From Octopus vulgaris (taxonomy: Eukaryota), in NCBI GenBank assembly GCA_951406725.2, contig OX597816.1, positions 142,476,001-142,540,000 of the forward strand: DNA of 64,000 nucleotides. The letters are read 5' to 3'. Both the position numbers and the translations under genes were made by a program. Below, one piece after another: positions 40,626-52,620 of this stretch. Every line of letters starts with the position of its first letter. The stretch's first letter is position 1. The notes beneath the pieces were generated by a model that was not told the DNA's origin, searched no databases, and saw nothing but the letters and a program-made list of their open reading frames with translations.

Positions 40626-41410
40626 GTTAAATTTAAATGTTGAAGTGAATCTAACAGTTTTTGTGTGTTTCTTAAATGGCTTATAAACACCTTCCAAGCT
40701 GCAATTGTTATATATATATATATATATATATACATATACATGTTGCATGGTAGTGAGACATGGGTTCTAACTGCGGAGAGCATGCATAGGCTGGAGAGGA
40801 ATGAAGGTAGTATGCTTCATTGGATTTGCAATATCAGAGTGCATGACCGAGTACTGAGATATGCAGAGGTGCATGAAACTGAATAGAGGGAAAGAGAAGT
40901 TGATAGGTTAGTATCTAACTGGGGTAGTATTGTGTGGTTTTGGTTGAAGAGGAGAAATGAGTGAAGGTAAAGAATACCACTTGCGAGGATGAGGAGGCTA
41001 TGAGGAAGATGGGGATGAGGTGGATTAGAGGAATTTGCAAAGGTAACAATGAGAAGGAATAGTTTAATAAGAAGCGTATTATTAGATGAGATGCATAAGT
41101 TGTGGTACCTCAAGGTTAATTTTAATTCTACTTCTATCATAACACTGGTCAACTGATTGCAATGATAGAAGACACTTGTCCAGGACCACTTATTTTCAAA
41201 GCAAACTTCTTAACCACACAGCCATATGTACACCAATTCATCTACTAACTTCTCCCAGACTAATCAGTAGTATTGAATTCCCCACTGCCATCTCAAGATC
41301 ACTATTACAAAATAGTTGTTAGTGGTGCATTTAGAAACAGAAGAAGAATAATATCTTTTATTTTACAAATTACATGGAATATTTATAAAAGGAAACTTGA
41401 AAGAACTGAC

Positions 41411-41535
41411 CTGCTGTACTGATAATAACATCATACAATGATAAAGGATCCTTAGCAGACCCTGGATGACCACCATAGACACAAATTATCTTTAGGTTCC
41501 GTTCAATAATATTTTCAATATTTGTTGTATCAAAT
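41411..41535 (-). CDS. ZnF-helicase exon 3 (motif Ib region; absent from the ORF track)
   Basis: Acceptor ctttatag and donor G|gtcagt. Reads (R)FDTTNIENIIERNLKIICVYGGHPGSAKDPLSLYDVIISTA; phases 2 and 1 match the neighbouring exons. Confidence 0.85.
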
Positions 41536-42189
41536 CTATAAAGACAAGAAACATTTTTTTTATGATTTGCAGTTATTTGTTAAGAAGTTTATGGAAGTAT
41601 TAAATAGTAAAAATTGTATTGTTAATTTTTTTAATTCAATCAAATACATTTGCATTCTTATAATTTAAAAAACCTAAAAACTTTCATTAATAACAAAATG
41701 TTAATTCAAAAAATAACACCATCAAAACTAGCTGCAACCACGTAGTACTATAACTACTACTGTTACTAATATTACTACCACCACTACAGTTGCCACCTCC
41801 ATAACTGTCACTATTACCACTACAGTTGCTACCTCCATGACTGTCACTATAAACACTACTACTACCACTCTCACACTTCACTTGTTACCTTTACTACTTC
41901 CATCACATCCAAATATATTTCAGCATGTTCCCAATACAACATATTTATTTATTCAGCTGTAACAGTTTAAATTATTAAATGCTATTGTAATAACCTTGCA
42001 TAACAATACCAGGACTGCCAAAGAATACCAAGTGGCACACCACTTCCTGCTCACAGTGGGTGCTAGAAGTATTGTTGACAACCACCTGTTAGGAAGCTTA
42101 GGTCAGACTTGATCCAGCTGATGATGTATATTCAGAGATGTTCCAGCTATAAGCACCCAATATTTTATTCAGGTATTTAATTTATTTTA

Positions 42190-42535
42190 CTTGTTTCACT
42201 CACTTGACTGCAGCCATGCTAGGGCACCACCTTGAAGGGTTTTAGTTGAACAAAACAACCCTAGGACTGTTTTTTTAAGCCTAGTACTTATTCTACCAGT
42301 CTGTCAAATCTCTAAGTTACAACATCAACACCAACACTAATTGTCAAGCAGTGATGGGGGAATAAATACACACACACACACACACAGCAGGCTTCTTCGA
42401 GCTTCTGTATACCAAATCCAAGGTTTTGCTCAGCCTGAGGCTATAATAAATGAACTTGCCCAAGGTGCCACACAATGGAACTGAACCCAGAACCATGTGG
42501 TTAGGAAGCAAACTTCTTACTACACAGCCATGCTA
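42190..42535 (-). mobile_element. SINE (same family as 37350)
   Basis: Reverse complement of the head 'ggctgtgtagtaagaagtttgcttcctaaccacatggttc' plus body. Confidence 0.75.
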
Positions 42536-43641
42536 TGATTACATTATCCAATGTGCCCTTATCTTTTAAGATGACAAAGTATAAATATGATGGAGATTCT
42601 GCTCTTATTTCTAGCAAGCCAGGCAGCAACATAATGGTTGGCTCAATGAGGACCACCAGAGAATGATGAACATGGTAGATGTGCTGTTGTTTCAGATGTG
42701 TAACAGGTGTTGTACCCTCTGTTGGACACACAACAGAATTTGCAAAATAGAAACGCAAGCTATGGGTTGATGTTAGGAGTGAAGTTGTGTGAAGCTGTTA
42801 AATAATTAACAATGATTGTGAAATTAAAGTACTGAACTCCAAATCAAATAGCTATGTTAGTGTTAACATATTTAATGCAGGAAGAAGGAATAACTGTGTT
42901 GAAAAACTATACTAGTCTACAAACTAATGTTATTTTCATTCTTCCAGGCAAATATGGAAGAAAACTCTGGATGTGTTTTAGTATTATTCTGACCTAATCA
43001 GCAAATCATAATGTTCATCATAAATGTCAAAGCAGTAAAAACAATAATCACAAGTTAACTGTACAATACTGTACATTTGTTGGTACAGGAAAACAGAAAT
43101 TGAATATCTCAGATGCCAAATTCAATAATCGAAATATAAAACCTTTCTATAACAGCTGTTAATATTAACTCTAGTAGGGCGGCAAGCTGACAGAATTAGT
43201 AGCACACCAGGCAAAATGTTTAGTGGCATTTCATTCATCCTTATGTCCTGACTTCAAATTCTGCTAAGGTGAACTTTGCCTTACATCCTTTCAGGGTTTA
43301 TTAAATAAGTACCAGTTGAGCAGTGGGGTCGATGTGATAGACTTAACTCCTACCTCATGAAATTACTGACCTTGCACCAAATTTTCTACCGAATATTATC
43401 AGGTCATTAAGAATGAAATGTGTGATTTGGAACTGAAAGTTTATTTTACTTTATCTCAACAAAAAGCAATGCAGTTAATCAAAGTATGCATCTAAATTAT
43501 CAACACAATTTTGCTATTTTATCACTAGCTTATTTCTGCTGACAGTGAAGAATTCTGGAGAGCAAAAGGTGATGAAATCACAAAAGGCTGTTTTTGCATC
43601 ATCAGATTTGAAGTTTTTTCCTTGCAAAAAGTTCTCTAATG

Positions 43642-44800
43642 CAGTGATTCCCAACATGGTCTCCAGAGAATTCGTAGCCATAAAAAAATTGAAGCCATTT
43701 CAGATCTACACAATATTGTTTGATAATGAATGAAGACAGAATAATAATAAGAAAACAATATTCGATAATTATTCCATAAGAATCAATAATGTATAATATA
43801 TAATCAATAATATATTACAATCAAGAATTACATAACTTACATTTTACAATCACAACAGTTACATAATAAATCTGATATTTTTAATAGATCACTAGACAAT
43901 ATTGTTTAATAATAAATTTGATACTTTTAATTTATAGAAATAAAGTATTATTTTTATTTGTAATAATGTCTGAAACAACTGCTAAAAAGGCAAAACTACA
44001 AAGATTTTATCATGTTTGGTTTTGTATCTGTAGACTCAAAACCTATGTGTCTTGAATGTGATGCCATCATGACAAATCATTCCTTGAAGAAAGTTAAGCT
44101 AGAACAGCACCAGAAATTAAGACTTCCCTCATCTGTTGGTAAAGGTAGGGAATATTTTGAGGATAAAAAGAAAATACAGCCAATCAAACTACCCGACTGA
44201 AAAAGCAAAGACACTCAAACCAAGTTATTTTGTCTCTGAAATTATTGGTAAGGTTGCAGTACCTCAGATTTATGGTGAGAAACTTGTCAAGCCTGCTATG
44301 ATAGCTTGTGCAAATGAGGTTCTGGGAAAAGATGCTGCATCTACTCTGAGTACAATTCCACTTTCAAATAACACAATTACAAGAAGACAGGATGAAATGT
44401 CTAATTTTGTTGAGAAGAAAATTGTAGAAATTCTCCAAAAGACAAATTTTTCTATCCCGGTTGATACTAGCACAATTCATAACCAAGCTATCCTTTTGGT
44501 CTATGTCAGATTCATCCATGAAGATGATATAAGGGAAGAAATGTTATTCATTAAAAGTTTGTCTGAAACTACTAATGAAGAAAATATATTCAATGAAGTA
44601 ATGCAGTATTTTAATATAAATATTTCATAGACAAATTTGATCAACAAGGCTGATTTTTAAGAGTAAAGTCACCAGACAGGAACTTCTCAAATCATCGACA
44701 TACAGTGTGTTCATTCGCCACATCTTCATCAAACATTTCCTTGGTTTTGAGCTGTCTGGGATGCATTGGTTCCATAACGTAGCTCAACACAAATTTTTGG
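43642..44800 (+). mobile_element. hAT (Buster/ZBED5-SCAND3-like) transposon remnant
   Basis: CAGTGATTCCCAA terminus. BED-finger remnant FGFV..KPMCLEC...KLEQH, then GEKLVKPAM, IPLSNNTITRR and ILLVYVRFI; frameshifted. Confidence 0.85.
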
Positions 44801-45169
44801 TCAATCCATGGATTCACAAAAATTGATTTACAAGAGAAAACTCACAGACACCATGAATTACATTTTGAAAAGTGATGATGTAACTCTTCAATGTTGCAAA
44901 ACAAAGAATTGTCAGGATAAAACATTAGAGTTAACAACTGTCAAACTTGGTGCATAAGAAAATTGGACATTTTATTCTTAATGACCTGATAACTCTGATA
45001 TTTCTTGTTTGCTTCACGGACACCAGTTCCATTTGTATTTCATGTTTAGGTGGTTAGCAGTAGGAAATACATCAACAAATAAAGAAAACAGTAATATATA
45101 AATATCCAAAGTATTTGCAGATAAATGGATACAAACAGTAACAAACAGTAACAAAAAGAAAAGACGAAC

Positions 45170-45323
45170 CTGGAAAATTTCTGATCTTTCAACTCATTTT
45201 GAATATAATGGAATTGCTGCAAAGCCAACAGTACTTTGTCAACAATGAACAACACAGGACGTCTAGGATTTCGTTTTAACATATGAGAAATTACCATAAT
45301 ACTTATTAGAGTTTTACCAGTTC
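45170..45323 (-). CDS. ZnF-helicase exon 2 (Walker A completion, motif Ia)
   Basis: Acceptor tttacag. G|GA joins exon 1 to give LPTGTGKT, followed by PVLFIVDKVLLALQQ; donor AG|gttcgt. Confidence 0.92.
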
Positions 45324-45825
45324 CTGTAAAAGAGCAATATAACAACAATAAATCTTCTCAGTGTTTTCTAATTTTTTTTTTATTTTCTAATTCTACAATC
45401 TTCATGACAAAATTCTAATGTAAAATAGCTTTTCTTTTTAGTTTCCTAAGTCAATATTCTTTTTTTAAAAAAATATTCTAACATTGGTTAGTATATGCTT
45501 AAGAAATATTAGGAGTGGAAGTAAATTCAGTACCTGTCCGATTTTGCAACTACAGTGAATTAATTTGCTTTTCATTTGACAACAAGCAATGCCACTGTTT
45601 TCACACTTCCTCTTATCGATCTTTTCTTTTGCTTTGTTACATTCATATTAGACATTCACCAATAATAATGACAGAACTTCTGAGGTTGAGTGACCTGCTA
45701 GAAATAAAATCCAAATCTCCCTCCTCGACAAATGATGTAGCTCTAATCATTTCAATGCCTCTTGTATTTTTTTTTCCTTATTCATTACAAGATAAAATTA
45801 AATATATTATTAAAATAACATTTTT

Positions 45826-46305
45826 CACGTGTATGAGAGAGAATCGTGATGTTGTAGGAGAGAAATGTGTCCACATGGATGATGGTTCATTTGCACTAAA
45901 CGAGGCTGCAAAGAGAGAGGTTTGGAAACGCCACTATGAAAGGTTGCTCAATAAAGAAAATGAATGGGAGAAAGAGTCTGCTGAATGTCAACCCAACAGA
46001 GGGACCAGCTATCCAAATTGACAGTACCTTGGTAGATAAAGCAATTAGGAGTATGAAGACAGGGAAAGACCCCGGCCCATCAGGAATCACTGCAGAAATG
46101 TTCAAAATATCTGGCAGTGTTGGCTATAGCCTAGTCACCCGTATAGTTAACCAGGTGATACACGAAGGAGTCATACCCAATGACTGGTGTAGCAGCACCA
46201 TAGTCAACGCTCTAGATACAAATAACTACAGAGGTATCAAGTTGTTGGATCAGGTAATGAAGGTCACAGAGAGGGTCATAGCCCAACTAATTAGGGAGAG
46301 AGATG
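45826..46305 (+). mobile_element. RTE LINE internal fragment
   Basis: Near-identical to the reverse complement of 25030-25400 (PTEGPAI..KTGK.PGPSGITAEM..NYRGIKLL). Confidence 0.9.
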
Positions 46306-47599
46306 TTAAACGATGATGATGATGTTGTAATTGTGTATTATCAATTTCTATATTTTTTTATATGTGTATTGGTGCGTATTTTGTGTTTGTGTGTTTTGGT
46401 TAGAGATTATAAAAGTAAAAGGATTTTGTCTATTTAGTTGTTTCGACAGTTTTCCATACTGTATGGTCCTATATTTGCATTACAGAATATTTTTTTATTG
46501 TTTTCACGTTTTTTTTTAATTTATTGTTTGTCTGCCTTACAATGCAACATCTTTTCACTGCAAACTGCTAAAGATGCAAAGCAGTATTCGTGAACTGAAG
46601 TCAAACACTTCATGTCTTAATTTATCGTTACCTGAAGTCAATTTCAGAGTAGTCATGCACTACCATTTTTGAACATACCAATCATACTTCTTTCCAAAAG
46701 AATAGTTCCTTTTACTGTTGAATAAACTTGCAGAGGGGAAGTTTCAACATCTTCTTTCAATTTCCTTACACCATTTATGTGGCTGTTTCTGACAAGAAAT
46801 TTCACTTTCATGTAAAACAACTATATTTTGTTGTCATTATCTGTAATCTACTCCCAAAACACTTCAGTAGCTCTACTTTGCATCATAAAAATGCAACAAC
46901 CTCAACAATAGCCAGACTTCTATTTGGTTTTGTAATTCTTAGGTTAATCAGAAACATAGTTTGCTGTGCATTATCCTTCTTGGTAGTTCAAAGCAACTTA
47001 AACCGTCCAAAAGATGGGTGCATTTGCTAGTTTTATATAAATACCTTTCAAACGGCATACCTTTCTATTCACACTCAAAATATTGAGTGTTTATGGGGAA
47101 GCCTGAAAAAGTGTATTATTCGACCTGAAATGAGACCTAGCCAACCCAGCGACTTCATTAGTTTCTTTTGGAGGCTGGAAGACTATACTCCTGTTCCTGA
47201 TGACATGGAAGAATGTATACCGGTTCTTGATGTCGTTCACCAATAACTCCTATAAGGTACGTTGGCGCATTTTTTACACTTTAAAACATTCTCCTTACTC
47301 CCAACTAAGCTTATACTGTAAAACGTTCAATACAGGTCTTCCTACACCCATTAGGCTTGTTAACTTGCTTACTGGTGGCTCAGAGAACTTGTAATAATTA
47401 ACCGAAAGTTTTAACAAATATGGATGATATCAGACTGTCGTGAATATGCTAAAAACAACAGCTAAATTAGCCTTAACTTTTTCTAAAGTAAAACCATATT
47501 CAACACCATATTTATCTTTTAAAAAACCTTTTTCTATTACTCAAACAAGAAAAAAATGAATCTAAGGTTTTTTTTGGGGGGGGGTGGGGAGCTGGACGA

Positions 47600-50500
47600 C
47601 AGTCAGCCACCCGCTCCCTCAAAAAAAAACCAATCTTTCGGAATTTTTTTTTGCTTTCTCAGTGGATTCCTAGGTTTTTAATGATGCAGATTCCGAATAT
47701 GCAAAAAAGAAATCACGTTTTTAAAATTCTAAATCCCCACCCCCAATTTTTTTATTTTAAACTTTTTTCGAAATTTTTTTTTTTCAATCTCCGTAGAAAA
47801 GTACGGAGATTTACAATATGGCAAACAAAAAATTAATTAATTTCAAATTCTATATGAAAAAATCCAACTTTGATCCACTCGGTGTGGATCAAATTTGGAC
47901 TATGTAGATCCCGAGAACGTAGAAAGTTGGGGAGAAAATAATTCGGGGTTACTTTTGAGGACCGTTCCCTACTCGAGGGAGTATCGGAACAAGTCATCCG
48001 TATTTATTTCATTTTCTCCGTTTTGTGCGTTTGTGCATCCGTAGATTTCTACTGAAGTCACAGGCAATGAAAGACAATTTTCTACGAATGTGTTATATTA
48101 TGTAGATTCTGAATACACAAAACTTTTGGGGAAAAGTGTTTTAGGAGGGGGTAGTGTGTGGAATTTCGGAAAATTCACCGGCGTCCACTTCAACTCGTCT
48201 TAATACTTTTCAGAGTACGTAAATTACGATTATATCGGAATTTGATTTGACAAGAAAACTAGAACACTCACATACATACGACACCTATCACTAATTTCTT
48301 CGAAATTTCAAGTTTCATTTTGTAGATATACGTGACATGTTAGTATGTACGTGTACGAGCCCACCAAATTTATTTTTCATATTAAATTCTGATATAGTCG
48401 TTAAAGATTACGCACACCACCCGTTTTCGATCTAACCCTAACCGCCGAAAACAGGTAGTGTGCTGGCGAGCTGGCAGAAACGTTAGCACGCCAGGTGAAA
48501 TGCGTTGCCGTATTTCGTCTGCCGCTACGTTCTGAGTTCAAATTCCGCCGAGGTCGACTTTGCCTTTCATCCTTTTTATTTTTTACTACTACTATTATTA
48601 TTATTATTATGAATTTTTTGAAAACTTTACCATATCTGTATTCTACACACGAGAATTCATACGAAACTTAACAGATCCTTCAATGGATCGATTATACAAA
48701 AATAGGAAAGACTTCCTGGCATAACTACGGATTTCTGCGCACACACACACACCGACTTTGGATGATCATAATTTTCAGAAAAATGGATATTTTTTTAATG
48801 AAATTTTCTACAAATGTGTTATGTCACGTAGATTCCGAATACACAAAACTTTTGTGGGAAAGTGTTTTAGGAGGGGGGGTGAGGAATTTCGGAAAAGTCA
48901 CCGGCGTTCACTTCAATTCGTCTTAACTTCCAAGAAAATAGATATTTTTTAATGAAATTTTCTACAAATATACCTCTGAGTACGTAGATTCTGAGAACCT
49001 AGGAATTTGGTGGAAAAACAATTGGGGGTTACTTTCGAGGAGCGTTCCCCACTCGGGGGAGTTTCAGAACAAGTCGTCCATATTAGTTTCATTTTCTCCG
49101 TATTGTGCGTTTGTGCATCCGTAGATTTCTACCGAAGCAGCTGGCAATGAAGCTTTTACCAGAAAACTAGTTATGCTAAAAATACTAGCTAAACAGAAAG
49201 ACATTGAATAGAATAATTCCGTTTGAACTGTTTGATTACATATATAATTGCGTGTGTGTGTGAGAGAGAGAGAGGGGGGAGACTAGAAATCTACGGGTGC
49301 ACAAACGCACAAAAAGGAGAAAATGAAACTAATTTGGACTTGTTCCGTAACACCCCCGAGTTGAGAACGGTCCTCAAAAGTAACACCCAATTGTTTTCCC
49401 CCAAAATTCCTATGTTCTCGGAATCTACATAGTCCCAGCTATATTTGTAGAAAATTTCATTAAAAAATATCTATTTTCTTGAAAGTTAAGACGAATTGAA
49501 GTGGACGCCGGTAAATTTCCCGAAATTCCCCCACCCACCACTCCTAAAACACTTTCACCCAAAAGTTTTGTGTATTCGGAATCTACATGACATAACACAT
49601 ATTCGTAGGAAATTTCATTAAGAAATATCCATTTTTCTGAAAGTTATGATCATCCAAAGTCGGTGGGGGGAGGGGACAGGAATCTGTAGTTATGCCAAAA
49701 ATAACAGCTACAGGTCTAATACAACTTATCTGTTGCATACGATCTTTAAAGGCGGAAAACACCAGAAGCAAAAATAAATAATATACATGCACAGTTAAAT
49801 ATAGAAGTGTAAGTTGTTATATAATCCCTATAGTAAATATATAATTCCTTGTTTGGACTTTTTTAATTACATGTGTGTGTGTGAGAGAGTTGTAGAAATC
49901 TATAGATGCAAAAACACACAAAACGGAGAAAATGAAACTAATATGGACGACTTGTTCCGAAACACCCTCTAGTGGAGAACGGTCCTCAAAAATAACCCTC
50001 AGTTGCTCCCCCCCCATTCCAATGTTCTCGGAATCTACAAAGTCCAAGGTATATTTGTAGAGAATTTCGTTAAAAAATATCCATTTTCTTGAAAGTTAAG
50101 ACGAATTTAAGTGGACCCTGGTGAATTTTCCGAAATTCTCTACACCACCCCCTCTTAAAACACTTTTCCCCATAAGTTTTGTATATTCGAAATCTACATC
50201 ATATAACGTATATTCGGAGACAATTTCTTTTAAAATATATCCATTTTTCTGAAAGTTATGGTCATCCAAAGTCGGGGTGGGGGCAGAAATCGGTAAAGGT
50301 ACCCAGAAATCTATAGTTATGCCGACTTCCTTTTGTATCCACCTATAATATATATTTTTTTAATATTAGACATGTTGGAAAATTGATTTCCTACTATGTC
50401 TTATAATAATAATAATGATGAGAAAGTCATGAAAATTAGGAATTTCTATTTAAAAAAAAAAATTCATTTTTGTATCATGTATATTCATGTCCCAAGGTTA

Positions 50501-51260
50501 GACAAATTGGGACACGAATATACATAATACAGAAATCCTTACCAAATGTGCTAGTGAGTAACATCCCCATATAATACCGAAGCCATTACAAAACTGACAA
50601 GACCACAAAAGGTATCTGTTAACGCGCAGACGACATCTCTATGTGTTATTTTTTTTAAATTTATGCTGGGGTACAAAAGGAAGTCTCCCCCCCACCCAAA
50701 AAAAAATCGGTGCGTGATTAAGGGTTATTTAGCTGTTATTTTTAACAGAGCTTACGACTCATATCCTCCTCATTTATCAGTTTGACATATTGAGGTTTTT
50801 CAAGATCTTTCTCCCCATAAATACATTTTTTTAAAATTCGTGTGAATTCCCGTGTGTAGAATATAAGTTCGTAAAAGTTTTCTGAAAATTCCAAAAAATA
50901 AATAAGTCATGAGGAGTTACAAGGCATACTTAAAACAGAATTCTGCCAAATTTCATTTTTTTAAAAATTACATATTCTCTGAAAGTTGAGTAAAAGCCAT
51001 CTCGTGAATTTTCCAACACCCCTCACCCCAACCCCAGAATTTTTTTTTAACGATATGATCAGAATCTACACCACCTGAACAAGGCCGGTTTGAGGTAACA
51101 GCAACTCGGGCGGTCGCCCGGGGCGCCAGCAATTCCAGGGCCGGCCCTGCACCTGAAGCATAGTTGTAGAAAATTTCATTAAAAAGTATAAATTTTTCTG
51201 AAAGTTATGAGACAACAAAGACGTGGGTGGGACACTTACTTTCGATTTAGTGAAAATTTA
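47600..51260. repeat. cluster of inverted copies of one repeat family
   Basis: Plus copies at about 47850-48210 and 48755-49135; minus copies at about 49283-49700 and 49890-50325. 48611-48665 mirrors 50837-50895. Confidence 0.75.
51080..51149. mobile_element. 70-bp hAT-type micro-MITE
   Basis: Ends CAAGGCCGG...CCGGCCCTG; 8-bp TSD CACCTGAA (51072-51079 / 51150-51157). Confidence 0.8.
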
Positions 51261-51477
51261 ACTAGTCCTAGAATCGATGATTGCCCTAAAGAAACACTAA
51301 GTGAGAGAAAATTTTGTCTTGAATCTTATGGTTTTTCAAGTTTTTCTCTGTTTTTTTTCGATTCTTATTACTTAAATCAAATGTTCGTGCTTTTTTAACC
51401 TTTGAAAATGAGCAAATATACAATATTTCTAGAATTATTTTTTTAAATATATTAAAAATGCAGAAAATATATCAAAC

Positions 51478-52150
51478 CTGTGGGTAAAAATATAACGCTA
51501 TCGTAACAATGAGATTTTTCGAACAATTCGGCTTGGTAACCTCTTGGAATTGAATCTGTCAAGCAATAAGCCTCATCGACAGGGTCTTCACAGTGGCGTA
51601 CGATGGGGGGCAAATTATAAAGTTTTGATGGTTGTTCGGAGACATTTTTGGAGTGTGCGCTACTTTGCAAATGAGAAGTTACAGCACTCAGACATTGAAG
51701 TTTTTTAGAACAAAGAATACACTTATATCCTATTATCTCGCCGACTTCATCTTTATAAACGCGTATAAATTCGTTATGATCTAAAGACGTGGGCTGTACT
51801 GAAACAATGTTCGGAATGACTTCCGCCTGTCTAGTGTTCTCATCTTCTTCGCACGTCTGTGTCGTCTGCACGTTAACAGATACCGTTTGTGATCTTGCCG
51901 GTTCTGTAACGGCTTCGGTATTACATGGGGATACGTTACTCACTAGCACATTAGGTAAGGATGGGTATACCTGCTGTACATAACTTGCCGGTTCTACCTC
52001 CTGAATAGGTAGAGATGTGCAAAAACGTTCTCTATCAGAAAGTTTTTTTTTATGCTTCTTTCCCAATAAATGACTTTCTTTATGTTCTTTGGATGTATAC
52101 TGGACGATACACAAATCGCACCTACCAAGGGTGCCCATTGTTGATGACAT
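51478..52150 (-). CDS. ZnF-helicase exon 1: two U1/matrin-type C2H2 zinc fingers + helicase Q motif
   Basis: First ATG at 52150 (the track's 52168 start is GTG). Fingers CDLC-x12-HLLGKKH and CILC-x12-HLQSSAH; then PRGYQAELF (Q motif) and VIFLPT; donor G|gtttga. Confidence 0.9.
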
Positions 52151-52169
52151 CGAGAGAACGTAACTCACT

Positions 52170-52620
52170 CTAATAACTAAACATAACTTGTCAGAAATTA
52201 AATTTGCGCATGCCTATAAGTGGTTGCGATAAGGTACTTATATGCCCCTATCCCGTATGACATGTAAGAATACTCAGTGACTTTTACTTCCGCGAAATAA
52301 CAGGTTGTGTGACCGGTTAATATGTCAATAAGATATTGAGACCAGGTAAGTCGAAGATATAAATGTCACAGAACAGCTTGGTTGCTTCGTAAGTCCTACC
52401 ATGCTGAATAATTCTTTAATGTTTACTGTGGTTCAGTTAATCCTGAATCATTCTCAGCTTTTACACATAATGACTTTTGGTTGTCTTTTTGATGAAATTA
52501 AAGATGATGCAGCAAGTGAAATGACGTGGGTAGTCCGCGGAAGTATAAGTGTTTGCATAGAGCACCGTCTAGCTAAAGGAGATAATCTACTTCTACTTAT
52601 CGGAAAGCATTTAAAGGGAG
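52170..52620 (-). promoter_or_regulatory. putative promoter of the ZnF-helicase gene
   Basis: CpG-retaining unique DNA just upstream of the ATG. Overlapping E2F-like TTTCGCGG and ETS CGGAAGT motifs (minus strand, about 52286-52297), a second CGGAAGT at about 52538, and GCGCATGC at about 52206. Confidence 0.45.

Larger units (their letters stand above)
40361..40709. mobile_element. inverted-dimer Penelope-LTR-like element with hammerhead-variant motifs
   Basis: Near-perfect arms of about 138 bp (40417-40554 / 40572-40709), a one-sided extension at 40361-40416, inserted in (TA)n. Confidence 0.7.
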
